A stretch of DNA of 32,000 bases, from the NCBI GenBank assembly GCA_003144275.1, contig NJBF01000010.1, forward strand, positions 30,001 to 62,000. Reading direction: 5' to 3'. Under the pieces are notes generated by a model. The model searched no databases. It saw nothing but the letters and a program-made list of their open reading frames with translations, and was not told where the DNA came from. The stretch comes from Candidatus Heimdallarchaeota archaeon B3_Heim (GTDB lineage: Archaea > Asgardarchaeota > Heimdallarchaeia > Hodarchaeales > Hodarchaeaceae). Position numbers and translations under genes: made by a program. This document shows positions 17,501-27,025 of the stretch, piece after piece; the first letter of the stretch is position 1; every line of letters begins with the position of its first letter.

Positions 17501-17593
17501 TCAAATGGAATGAATTTTCCATCATCTGATCATTCCAAATGATTTTTGGCTTCTTGAATTTCCACATGTACAAATATTTTTAAAGAATTCTCG

Positions 17594-18094
17594 TTGTCCC
17601 TTGAAAAGAATGATGGGATACTCTTGGCTGTCCGTATACGAGAAATAACAGAAAACGATTTCACCGCGGTTCGAAAGATTTTTGTTGAATCCAGTAGCTT
17701 TCATGAACAGGTTGACTCAATATTTGCTTCTATTAAAGAGGCGGATCAAATATGGCTAAATTATATTACTACTATTTTACAGCAGGATGATTTCAAAATC
17801 TACGTTGCGCTACACGGCGAACAGATTGTCGGTTTCTGTGTTGGTCAGATAATTGAAAAACCGCCTATATATCAAGTGAAAAAAATTGGCCAGGTCAATA
17901 ATATTGCCGTGAAAGAAGGCCATAAACGACAAGGGGTTGGTAAGGCATTATTAGAGACAATAAAAGCTTGGTTCATGACTCAGCAGGTGAATCACATCGA
18001 ACTATTAGTCGCTACAAATAATCCCCAATCTCTAGGGTTTTGGAAAAAAATGGGAGGGAGAGAGTTCATGAAAAAGATGGTTATTCGATTCTAA
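17594..18094 (+). CDS. GNAT-family N-acetyltransferase
   Basis: IVGFCVG, IAVKEGHKRQGVGKALL, NNPQSLGFWKKMG; start uncertain. Confidence 0.85.
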   Translation: MSLEKNDGILLAVRIREITENDFTAVRKIFVESSSFHEQVDSIFASIKEADQIWLNYITTILQQDDFKIYVALHGEQIVGFCVGQIIEKPPIYQVKKIGQVNNIAVKEGHKRQGVGKALLETIKAWFMTQQVNHIELLVATNNPQSLGFWKKMGGREFMKKMVIRF

Positions 18095-18162
18095 GTCTTT
18101 ACATGCAATAAATGTGAAAAAATTAAAAAAAAATAGGTGAAAAGAGGATTTCTATTCACTGA

Positions 18163-18738
18163 TTAAGACAAGATCTGGTCAACTTCAGGACGAGTGAGAA
18201 CATACAAACTAAATATACCAAATATTGTCCCCATTGGCATTGCTAATAGACTGAGGACGCTGATGAGGATAGAACCAGAATGGCCATTTTTCTGATAATT
18301 CATTAAGCGACGGCCGTTGATGATTGCTAGAACGCCATAAATTAGGATAAATATGGCTACAAACCCGAGAACAAGCATGATAAACAGGAAAATTCCATAA
18401 GAGTTTTCTAACGAGCCTGCAGGTACAGAAGACATTCCCTTAAATAGATCAGGCATTGAAACCATAGTTTGGTCAGAGAAAAACATGGACATCAAGGCCG
18501 CAATGAGTCCAAGTATACCAGCAATTAACAAAGCGAAAACTCCGAAGATTACTTCTACTATTCCAACCACTTGAATATATCCTCGGTATTCACTTGCATG
18601 AGATTTCGGGTCATTATAGGTTGAATATTTATGTGATGAATACTTTGATCCACATTCTTGGCAAAATAGATCCTCACTGCCTCCGGTAGATCCACAATTA
18701 GAGCAAATATATTTTGACATGATAGGTTCATCCTCCAA
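18163..18738 (-). CDS. Zinc-ribbon membrane protein
   Basis: N-terminal CSNC-x9-CQEC followed by 3-4 hydrophobic segments (PMGTIFGIFSLYVL). Confidence 0.7.
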   Translation of the reverse strand: MEDEPIMSKYICSNCGSTGGSEDLFCQECGSKYSSHKYSTYNDPKSHASEYRGYIQVVGIVEVIFGVFALLIAGILGLIAALMSMFFSDQTMVSMPDLFKGMSSVPAGSLENSYGIFLFIMLVLGFVAIFILIYGVLAIINGRRLMNYQKNGHSGSILISVLSLLAMPMGTIFGIFSLYVLTRPEVDQILS

Positions 18739-18973
18739 TTTCTTTTTAGTTAAGGATGGTTGTGTATAAACACATGATTGAGACTTATTTAAGAATTAAG
18801 ATAGGGGCGAAAATGCTCTCGTGAATATTAGCTTCAAGCGTTCAGAATATTTTTTCTAATTCCGATCATGATTACCAGTTCAGTCATCAGTCTAATACAT
18901 GAAAAAGACTTATTGAGTTATTGTAACTATTGTTCTTAGCTTTTCTGATTAGTAAACTTATTTACATTTTTAC

Positions 18974-20518
18974 TTATATCTCAATTTCAACGGTAGGCTT
19001 TTTTTTCTGTTCTGTTTTTGATGCCAGTCGCGCTCGTGCCTGAACCCAGGTACGTAATGCCGTAATATCTTCCTTCATCAATCGGGATAGTGGAACCATA
19101 TTTTCCAAGGCATTCATGATATCTGTGGTTTCGACTTCACGATCCTCAGAAAAAGCATCGAACATAGCTGTGATGAGGGTTTGTTCTATTTCTGCTCCGG
19201 AATAGCCTTTACTTAACCCAACCAGTGTTCTCATATCAAATTTTTCTGTTTCACGCCCTCTTTTCTTAATATGGATAGAGAAGATATCTTCACGTTCCTT
19301 TGGGGAAGGTAAGTCTAAAAAGAAGATTTCATCAAATCTACCTTTTCTCATGAGTTCAGGAGGCAATCGCTGGACATTATTGGCGGTTGCGATTACAAAT
19401 ACTGGTTTTTTCTTCTCTTGAAGCCAAGTAATAAAAGTCCCAAACACTCTGCTTGTTGTTCCTGCATCCGTAAGATTACTGGACTGTACTCCCGCAAATC
19501 CTTTCTCTATTTCATCAATCCATAGAATAGAAGGAGAAACAGATTCAGCTGTTTTTATAGCGTTCCGAATATTCTGTTCACTCTCACCAACAACTCCTCC
19601 AAACACCTTTCCTACATCAAATCGTAGTAAGGGTAATTTCCATAATGAAGCTACTGCTTGGGCAGTAAGCGATTTTCCTGTTCCAGGAATGCCAATCAAC
19701 ATCAGACCTGAGGGAAAGGGTAATCCATACTCTCTTGCTTTTTCAGTAAAGCCTCGATTACGGATGGTTAACCATTCTTTTAAGTGTTCTAATCCTCCAA
19801 TATTATCAAAGTGTTCGCTAGAATGATAATATTCCAGTATTCCTGATTTACGAATAATTTGTTCTTTTTCTTGGATTATAATTGCAGGGTCAAACCGTTT
19901 TACTTCGACAAGTGATTTGGCAAAGACATTTTCTGCCTCATCCACAGTAAGTCCAAGAGCTGATTTTAGGACAGCTTCCCTTTCTTCCTCGGTTAAACTG
20001 ATATCAACTCTAGGATTCATTTTTAATGGTTCAATAATTCCTTCTAGAACAGTATCCAATAGCTCTAAGGTTGGAAAATCAAAGTCGACAACATTAATCA
20101 TTTTTTCTAATTCAATTGGTACTTCCAAAACTGGAGAAACAAGAATACATGTTTTTTTCAAATTATTAAGGTGAATTTTGAGGTCACGAAGTTTTCGAAT
20201 AACCACTGGATCTTTCATAAAAGGATGAAAGTCTTTTAACATGAAGATCGCGGGCCTCGGGTAATCGGTAATGAATGTTAACGCAGCAAAAGGATCCACT
20301 GCTTCCCCATCCAATTTTTTACCTAGAAAATCCGAAAACCCTTCTGTCGTACTCCAAATGATCAATTGTTTCTCTGATTTTACAGCAAGAGTATTCAACA
20401 TAACAGCCACCCTTTCCTCTTCCCAAGTGGTGATATAGATGAGAGAGTAACGAGCACGAATTAAAATATCAACCTTTTTTTGTTGATCCTCACTAACCTT
20501 TTTCATAGAGGTCACCAA
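18974..20518 (-). CDS. Ycf46-like AAA+ ATPase
   Basis: Inactive N-terminal AAA-like domain (LKDFHPF), IGGLEHLKEWL, Walker A GIPGTGKS, Walker B LWIDEIEK, ATAN, LPPELMRKGRFDEIFF. Confidence 0.9.
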   Translation of the reverse strand: MVTSMKKVSEDQQKKVDILIRARYSLIYITTWEEERVAVMLNTLAVKSEKQLIIWSTTEGFSDFLGKKLDGEAVDPFAALTFITDYPRPAIFMLKDFHPFMKDPVVIRKLRDLKIHLNNLKKTCILVSPVLEVPIELEKMINVVDFDFPTLELLDTVLEGIIEPLKMNPRVDISLTEEEREAVLKSALGLTVDEAENVFAKSLVEVKRFDPAIIIQEKEQIIRKSGILEYYHSSEHFDNIGGLEHLKEWLTIRNRGFTEKAREYGLPFPSGLMLIGIPGTGKSLTAQAVASLWKLPLLRFDVGKVFGGVVGESEQNIRNAIKTAESVSPSILWIDEIEKGFAGVQSSNLTDAGTTSRVFGTFITWLQEKKKPVFVIATANNVQRLPPELMRKGRFDEIFFLDLPSPKEREDIFSIHIKKRGRETEKFDMRTLVGLSKGYSGAEIEQTLITAMFDAFSEDREVETTDIMNALENMVPLSRLMKEDITALRTWVQARARLASKTEQKKKPTVEIEI

Positions 20519-20531
20519 TGTTCAGTATATG

Positions 20532-20738
20532 TTATCGTCTAGCTGTAACCCGAGTGGTGGCCTCTACTGGACGTTGATAGTAATCTCTCTTGAAGTCTCT
20601 ATTTGTAACCTCGCCGAGGGCCTCATCAAGAAATCTGGTTGTTTCTGTACAGGATTTTCCTTTTACCCCATTCACTGTATATGAAATATCCCCTTTTTCA
20701 TCAATAGTGATTTCTAATTCTATATTGTCAGCACTCAT
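20532..20738 (-). CDS. DUF2997-family protein
   Basis: ITIDEKGDISYTVNGVKGKSCTETTRFLDEALG...DYY; ATG 20738 overlaps the upstream TGA (ATGA coupling). Confidence 0.8.
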   Translation of the reverse strand: MSADNIELEITIDEKGDISYTVNGVKGKSCTETTRFLDEALGEVTNRDFKRDYYQRPVEATTRVTARR

Positions 20739-21145
20739 TGACCTACCCACCCTCGTTTAACAACTAGTAATTTAATTTCCCCAATTTCATTGATATACCT
20801 TGATTTAATGCGATATCCCTTTTTCCTAAGTTCACCCAAAACTTTGGTGACTGCGTATTCCTTCTGGATTTCATTTGCAAATTGCCGTCGGTTTTTTCCA
20901 ATCGCTGCTGCTGCGCCATACCAATCTGCTAAAATTTGATATGACGAATCTTTCGCTTTAATGAAACCTACATCAAATTCTCCAGTTGTTTTGATAACAA
21001 TATCCCCTTTTCGGGTTCTTCGATTATAACCTCTTATCGTCGAGTTCTCTTCTACTTCATATTGTAGATTTTCAAGGGTTTTCAATAGACAGTTTCTGTC
21101 TGTGATCTTTGTTTTAAGTTTTGTAAAATGTGACATGATTTTCAT
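20735..21145 (-). CDS. DUF1257 (Ycf35-like) protein
   Basis: MSHFTKLKTKITD...LENL...VGF...YQILADW...QKEYA; start at 21145 or 21136. Confidence 0.85.
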   Translation of the reverse strand: MKIMSHFTKLKTKITDRNCLLKTLENLQYEVEENSTIRGYNRRTRKGDIVIKTTGEFDVGFIKAKDSSYQILADWYGAAAAIGKNRRQFANEIQKEYAVTKVLGELRKKGYRIKSRYINEIGEIKLLVVKRGWVGQ

Positions 21146-21323
21146 ACTCCTCTAATTGTTACATTCATTGAGAGACACAGGTGTATTGATAAATTCAGAG
21201 ACGGACTGAGTTAGGATGATGAATGCAAACTCTACGAAAAATTCGTTCGCATATCAGAGGAGCAATTTCATTGAGATTCGTATACGGATGACATGAAAGG
21301 TAGAATTTTTTACACTTTTTCAA

Positions 21324-21338
21324 CCCGTGTAACACGGG
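21324..21338. promoter_or_regulatory. Perfect palindrome CCCGTGT-A-ACACGGG, putative operator
   Basis: Read directly; lies between the divergent DUF1257 operon and the small ORF at 21559. Confidence 0.6.
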
Positions 21339-21522
21339 ATACTACTCTCTTAGAAGTATGATTTACTCTTTCCAAATGTTTTTCGTCATTTTCACTGACC
21401 TCTCCCATTTATGGCACACATGGGCTCACCAATCCCCCCCCATAACCACCACTCCAGCACTAATCTTGGAAGTATTTAAATAAAAGAGAAAAAGTACCTG
21501 TTGACACGTCATTACCAGAAAT

Positions 21523-21533
21523 ACCCGTGTAAC
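21523..21533 (+). repeat. Direct-repeat copy of ACCCGTGTAAC (first copy 21323-21333)
   Basis: Identical 11-mer exactly 200 bp downstream, about 25 nt before the ATG at 21559. Confidence 0.6.
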
Positions 21534-21558
21534 CTGGATTTGATGGGGATATTAAGAT

Positions 21559-21759
21559 ATGAGTACTCAGAAACGAGATCAACAGGGAAAATTTACGTCT
21601 GAAAATCCTAGAAGATTCATTATGAGAGTAACAGCCCAAGAAAAAAAATTAGTTGAAAAATTCCGTCAAATAAAACCTTCTAAAAGTACTAATAATAATC
21701 ACTCTTTAGAGGAACTTCAAGCCTTAATTCGTAAACGGGTCGACAATATAGAATTGTAA
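21559..21759 (+). CDS. Small putative DNA-binding protein (ribbon-helix-helix-like)
   Basis: GGGGA RBS; RRFIMRVTAQEKKLVEKFR resembles an RHH strand plus helix A; basic composition. Confidence 0.5.
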   Translation: MSTQKRDQQGKFTSENPRRFIMRVTAQEKKLVEKFRQIKPSKSTNNNHSLEELQALIRKRVDNIEL

Positions 21760-22139
21760 TATTCAAGTATAAAATCAGTCTGAAACGTGAAATAACGGTG
21801 AATTTAAGAAGATAAGCGGGTATTATTGCTCCTCCTCAACAAGTGCTCCTAGATAGGTCATGAATGGGAGGAACCAGCCTAGAAATCAAGCTACCGATGG
21901 GCAATATTTTGATTTCTGGGTCTTTATATGTATTGAATAGACTTCGCCGAATTTGAGTTTTTCATTTTCGGAAAAAATCACATTTTTTCGTCATTCTATA
22001 ATGATTTTTGGGAGTGTATTAATGATTTAATATCAAGATGACCGAATATCAGAAAAAATCCTTTGTACCCCATTTTATTTCATAATGGGGATCTCTTATG
22101 GGGTAACAAACTTTTTCACACTCGTTATAAACCCCAATT

Positions 22140-24368
22140 TCAAGGGTTTCGCCGTTTTCTGATTACAGGAAAAACTGCTAGGACTAGTAACAAATATGTA
22201 AAGCCTGGAGAGATGGTAGGAGTTGTTGGTTCTGTTGTGGTGGTAACTGTGGATTTTTCCGTGGTTGATATAATTTCAGAAGTTGTTGTATTTGTTGTAG
22301 TGGTGGTCGTTGATGTTGTGGTGTTCGTCGTGGATACATGTTCAGAAGCATCATATACAATACTTAGCAGTTCTACTTGAAAATAGAGATCTCCATCACC
22401 ATATGCCTCTTCTGAGAGTATAGTGAAATTCTTTACCTGATTGATTGCCATGCCAATTAACGCTTCTTCAAATTTTAGGAGGAAAGCAGAGCGGGCTTCT
22501 GGATAAAAAGCTAGTATATCAGGGGGGACAGTTTGTTCTATGGAGAGATAGATATTGTTTAGTTCGACATTTGTATATCCAGGAACTTCAACACTATAAT
22601 TGTTATCTTCATATAATGTATGACGGACATTGACAATATCTCCCCAATCGGCAGTATTTTCTTGGGGTTGATCAGACCAAGCAATGGCTGTATAAGTTGG
22701 ATCATGATAGATTTCTCCACCGTACCATTCTGGAAATTCTGTAAACGTCAAATAAAGGAATTGGTTTACCACTTCAGTGTGTTGGCCTGCTCCTGGAAGT
22801 ACGATATTTGGTGCTATTTTAGATGCCACAAACACGGTAGATGACCAAGCAAGCGAAAGTTCTACCGTAAAATATGCTTTTGCTACATTGGTGAATGTCC
22901 AACCACTTGGATCAAACAAAGTAACGTATACATCACGATTTACGTCAGGATCAATGTTGAAGGGGGCGAAATCTAACTCTCTAAGTTTGTAGGTCATCTT
23001 ATCCTTAAAACTAGTCCAAAAGAATACATTACCATTGTTTTCAACGTCAATTGTTGGATTTTCTGGATCATCTAAGTGAGTAGCATATTGAGGATTGCTA
23101 ACTGTCTCTACATCAAACCAGTTTGTGGCAGTGATAACAGTCAAACCAAAGGCATCAGCCCTGCTCATTCTTAGTTTGGCATCATTCTCAATATAGAACG
23201 CCATTTCTGGTAGAGTAATGCTTACACTGTCCGGAAATATCCCTGAACTTCCATATGTACTCATATCAATACCTTGTAAAGCAGCAGGAACATCTAGAGT
23301 ATAGCTGGGGGATTCTATAAAAGGAGAGCCTTCCCAAATCCCTGCGTTGGCAGCAATAAAGGCAGCATCATCACCTATCGTCGCAAAGAAACTTGATTCA
23401 CCGATGTGATACTTTGTCTCAACTGTTCCTAGATTGATTGTAATTGCAGGAGTGGTTGGTAATTCAATCTCTTCTACCTCAAATGAGTATTCAAATGCAA
23501 GATGATCAAGAACTGAAACAGCCACAATATCTTGCCCATATATATTACCTTTAGTATCTGGAAGCTGCAAACCAGCTGCACTGAGGATATCTGGCCCTCT
23601 CAGTTCCACATCAACATCTTGCCATAAAACTAACATATTAGTATAATTGATTCCAAAGTTATACCCTGTTACAGTTTGTTCAAAGCTAGCTTCATAATCA
23701 AAGTGAGGAATTCGATAGGAAGTATGAGGAGCTAAGTTAGCGTTTAACGCATCAGCCAATTCTTGAACTGCAAACGTATATCCCATATAGAGATTATTGC
23801 CACTATCCATTCGTAAGGAATCTGCACCAGTACTTTTGGAATAAGCAATTAATCCCATAAAATTGTTTGTTACGAAAGCCTCAGTCCCCCAAGGAGTATT
23901 GTAGTGTTGAACTAATTGCTGGAAGGGGGCTGTTGCATTGACATGGAATATATTTGACTCAAGAGCTGCAGATGAACCTGGTAAGAGAGAATCCCCAAGA
24001 GCCTCGAGAATGGTAACTACATCAAGAGGCAATTAATCTCGAAAAGTTATCCATTGTTCCAATTTTTCTAAGGCTGAATAAGACAATTCAATCCCAGATC
24101 TATTCACATAATTCATATAGAATTGGAGATCAGTTTCAGGGACTGAATCTGTTCCTTCCACTCCAGATCCAAGATCGTAAATTACATCAGGGTTAGCCGC
24201 ATTTGGGTAAAGATCAATTTCAACAGCAAAGTGATCTTCACTGAAATTATGACCAGCATAATCGGTTGCTTCACTAATAGTGAAATACGGACTAATTAAC
24301 GCTAGAATACAGAAAATAACTAAGAAGAAAGACTTAGGGTTTCTCATATTTTTTTCTCTCAACCACAT
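22140..24368 (-). pseudogene. Large secreted/surface protein with Thr-rich linker and PGF-CTERM-like anchor, split by one in-frame TAA at 24033-24035
   Basis: ORFs 24033-24368 (signal peptide) and 22140-24032 are contiguous in the same frame (...TFRD*LPLDVV...); C-terminus TTT...ISPGFTYLLLVLAVFPVIRKRRNP. Confidence 0.75.
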
Positions 24369-24641
24369 TCTATCTAGAAAATTTGCTCAAAATAATTTGT
24401 TCAAAACAATATTTGATCTCTATTAAAAGGTTTTTTTCTATTACGTGAATCCCTATTAACAAAATCTTACGGTGGGTATATCAATCTCTCTTCTCTACGA
24501 AGTATCCTTATTCTATTATCCAATGTGATGTTTTTTTAACGGATTTCACAGTTTAGCATTTATTATAAGCTCGAGGGAAACCCTCTCCTTATGCAAGGAC
24601 TTAGCCCCAAAGTGGCAATCAATGGGAGAGAATATTAATTT

Positions 24642-25733
24642 ATGGCACCTTCCTTTATCCCTGGATTGGAATTATCTCGTATTTTTTTTGAAGAAGCAGT
24701 TAAACCAATTTTAACTCAAAATTATCCTTTATTGAGGTATGATGCGGCATTGATCGGTCCTGGATCCGAGGTGTTGGAGTTCGATGATCCTGTATCCTCA
24801 GATCATCACTGGGGGCCCCGTCTGCAGTTATTCTTAGAAGAAACAGACTACTCAAAGAATAGAAATGAGATAAGTTTACTGCTACGGCAAAAATTACCTT
24901 ATAGTATCCGAGGTTATTCGACACATTGGAGCGAACCTGACCCATCAGACGCCATGAATCAGTTCTTAGAACCAAGATCTTCAGGCCTAGTAAACCATCG
25001 TGTGGAAATCTACAGCATAAGCGCTTATTTAATGAAGGTTTTAAACATTGAAACCACTGAGTTAACGAATATTGATTGGCTCATTTTACCTGAGCAAAGA
25101 CTATTAGAATTAACATCTGGTAAAGTGTACCATCATGGCCACGGGGAAATACTAAAGGTACGAAAATTCTTCAATTATTATCCTGACAATGTCTGGCACT
25201 ATAAACTAGTGTCCGAATGGGATCACATTGCGGAAGAAATCGCTTTCGTTGGTCGATCTGTTACAAGAGGAGATGATTTAGGATCTAGACTAGAAGCAGC
25301 TCGACTTGTGAGAAGTATTATTAGACTAGCATTTATCTTAAGCAAGAAATACATTCCTTATCCTAAATGGTTTGCCTACTCGTTTTCTTTCATTCCTATT
25401 GCCATTCATCTACAACCTGCATTACTTGCTATTTTGAAACAAAATAGTTGGCAAAAACGGGAGGAACTTCTTTGCAACGCCTATCTTCTTCTACTTGATT
25501 ATCAAAATTCACTACAAATTACTCCTGAAATTGTTTTGAAACCTGCACAATTTCACTCTCGTGATCAAACTGTTATTGATGTTCAGAAGATAATCGTAGA
25601 GTTAAAAAAGCTACTAAACTCCCCCCTGGATAAAGTAAAATACTCTATAGGTTCTGTAGATCAATTCATTGATGATACTCATATACTCACTGATGCTAGT
25701 TTTGCAGAAAAAGCAAGGGTTTTTTACTACTAA
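24642..25733 (+). CDS. DUF4037-domain protein (nucleotidyltransferase-like N-terminus)
   Basis: LIGPGSEVLEFDDPVSSDHHWGPRL, WLILPEQRLLELTSGKVY, VGRSVTRGDDLGS, YIPYPKWF. Confidence 0.8.
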   Translation: MAPSFIPGLELSRIFFEEAVKPILTQNYPLLRYDAALIGPGSEVLEFDDPVSSDHHWGPRLQLFLEETDYSKNRNEISLLLRQKLPYSIRGYSTHWSEPDPSDAMNQFLEPRSSGLVNHRVEIYSISAYLMKVLNIETTELTNIDWLILPEQRLLELTSGKVYHHGHGEILKVRKFFNYYPDNVWHYKLVSEWDHIAEEIAFVGRSVTRGDDLGSRLEAARLVRSIIRLAFILSKKYIPYPKWFAYSFSFIPIAIHLQPALLAILKQNSWQKREELLCNAYLLLLDYQNSLQITPEIVLKPAQFHSRDQTVIDVQKIIVELKKLLNSPLDKVKYSIGSVDQFIDDTHILTDASFAEKARVFYY

Positions 25734-25777
25734 TTTCATTACTAAACGATAATAAGCGTTGAAATTTTATTTTCTTT

Positions 25778-26746
25778 ATGCGAAAACTGAGCCCTAAAGT
25801 CGCAATCATTGGGGGGGGAAATGTTGGGATCCGTTATGCTTATGCCTTAATGATTAAAGGGCTTGCACGTCATATTATTGTTGTAGATATCGATATACAA
25901 AAAGTACAGGGAGAAATCATGGATTTATCCCATGGTATTCCATATACTTCACCTGTTAAATTAGAAGTAGGAGCTTACGAGGATATCCAAGGTTCTGATC
26001 TCGTGGTGATTACTGCAGGAAAAAATCGTAAACCTGGAGAATCACGCTTAGAATTAACTAAAGCTAATGTCGCCCTTTACAAAGAAATTATACCTCAAAT
26101 CATGAAATATGCTCCTTCAGCTCTTTTTCTGGTAGTGACAAATCCTGTTGATATTTTATCTTATACCGCATATAAAATCTCAAATAAACCTGAATCAGAG
26201 GTAATCGGTGCGGGTACAGTTTTAGATACTGCTCGTTTTCGCAATCTCATCGCTGCTCATTGCAAAGTTGATCCTCGGAATGTTCATGGCTATATCTTAG
26301 GTGAGCATGGTGAAACAGAATTTCCTGTCTGGAGTAGAGTTCTAGTTGGAGGTAACTTGATTAAAGACTATTGTCCTATCTGTGAGAACTGTGATATCTG
26401 TAATCATGAAGAGGAACTTGATAAAATCTTTATTGAGGTACGTGATTCTGGTGCAAAGATAATCAAGAAGAAAAGAGAGACCTCATATGGTATCGGTTTA
26501 GCACTTGTAAGGATCACCGAGGCTATCTTTAATGATGAAAATGCAATTTTACCTGTTTCCTGCTTAGTGAATGGCTTTCTTGACATTCATGATGTGTATC
26601 TGAGTTTACCCGCAATAATTACTAAAAATGGTGTTAAGAAAGTTCTGGAAATCAAGCTAAATGAACAAGAACAACTACTATTAATAAAATCTGCCAATAA
26701 ATTAAAGGAAAAGATAAAAGAAATTATGGCCCTTCTGGAAAAATGA
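25778..26746 (+). CDS. ldh: L-lactate/malate dehydrogenase superfamily enzyme, LDH-like with Arg at the specificity position
   Basis: IIGGGNVG, DLSHG, VITAG, VTNPVD, GTVLDTARFR, GEHGE, TSYGIG. Confidence 0.88.
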   Translation: MRKLSPKVAIIGGGNVGIRYAYALMIKGLARHIIVVDIDIQKVQGEIMDLSHGIPYTSPVKLEVGAYEDIQGSDLVVITAGKNRKPGESRLELTKANVALYKEIIPQIMKYAPSALFLVVTNPVDILSYTAYKISNKPESEVIGAGTVLDTARFRNLIAAHCKVDPRNVHGYILGEHGETEFPVWSRVLVGGNLIKDYCPICENCDICNHEEELDKIFIEVRDSGAKIIKKKRETSYGIGLALVRITEAIFNDENAILPVSCLVNGFLDIHDVYLSLPAIITKNGVKKVLEIKLNEQEQLLLIKSANKLKEKIKEIMALLEK

Positions 26747-27025
26747 ATATCTGAGAAAAAATCCCTCTGTTTATTTTCTGGAGAAAGAATCACATACCAA
26801 ATCTTACTTATCTCTTTCTCAAATTATCTTACCATTTTCCTGATCTTTTGACATAAAAATTGTCTAAATTAATAAATATTTAGTTAAACTCAATTGTTTA
26901 TAATTTGTGATAATATTTGTCTTTTAAATATTATAGGGAAATAATTTCTATCTCCAAATGTCTGTTACTTTTATAGGGTTAGATTTTTAAGGAAAATTTA
27001 CCTAAATCTACAAAGTGATTAAAAT

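Noticed and set aside
21760-22139. Possible gene remnant or ncRNA after the small RHH-like ORF
   Set aside because: Only short uninformative frames on either strand, and no convincing stem structure found by eye.
22063-22380. Val-rich plus-strand ORF (and the similar ORF at 27994-28227)
   Set aside because: Antisense reading of Thr/Ser-rich stalk codons of the surface proteins.
22140-24032. Independent 630-aa gene starting at TTG 24032
   Set aside because: It lacks a signal peptide although it has a membrane anchor, and is directly in frame with the upstream signal-peptide ORF; better read as one interrupted gene.
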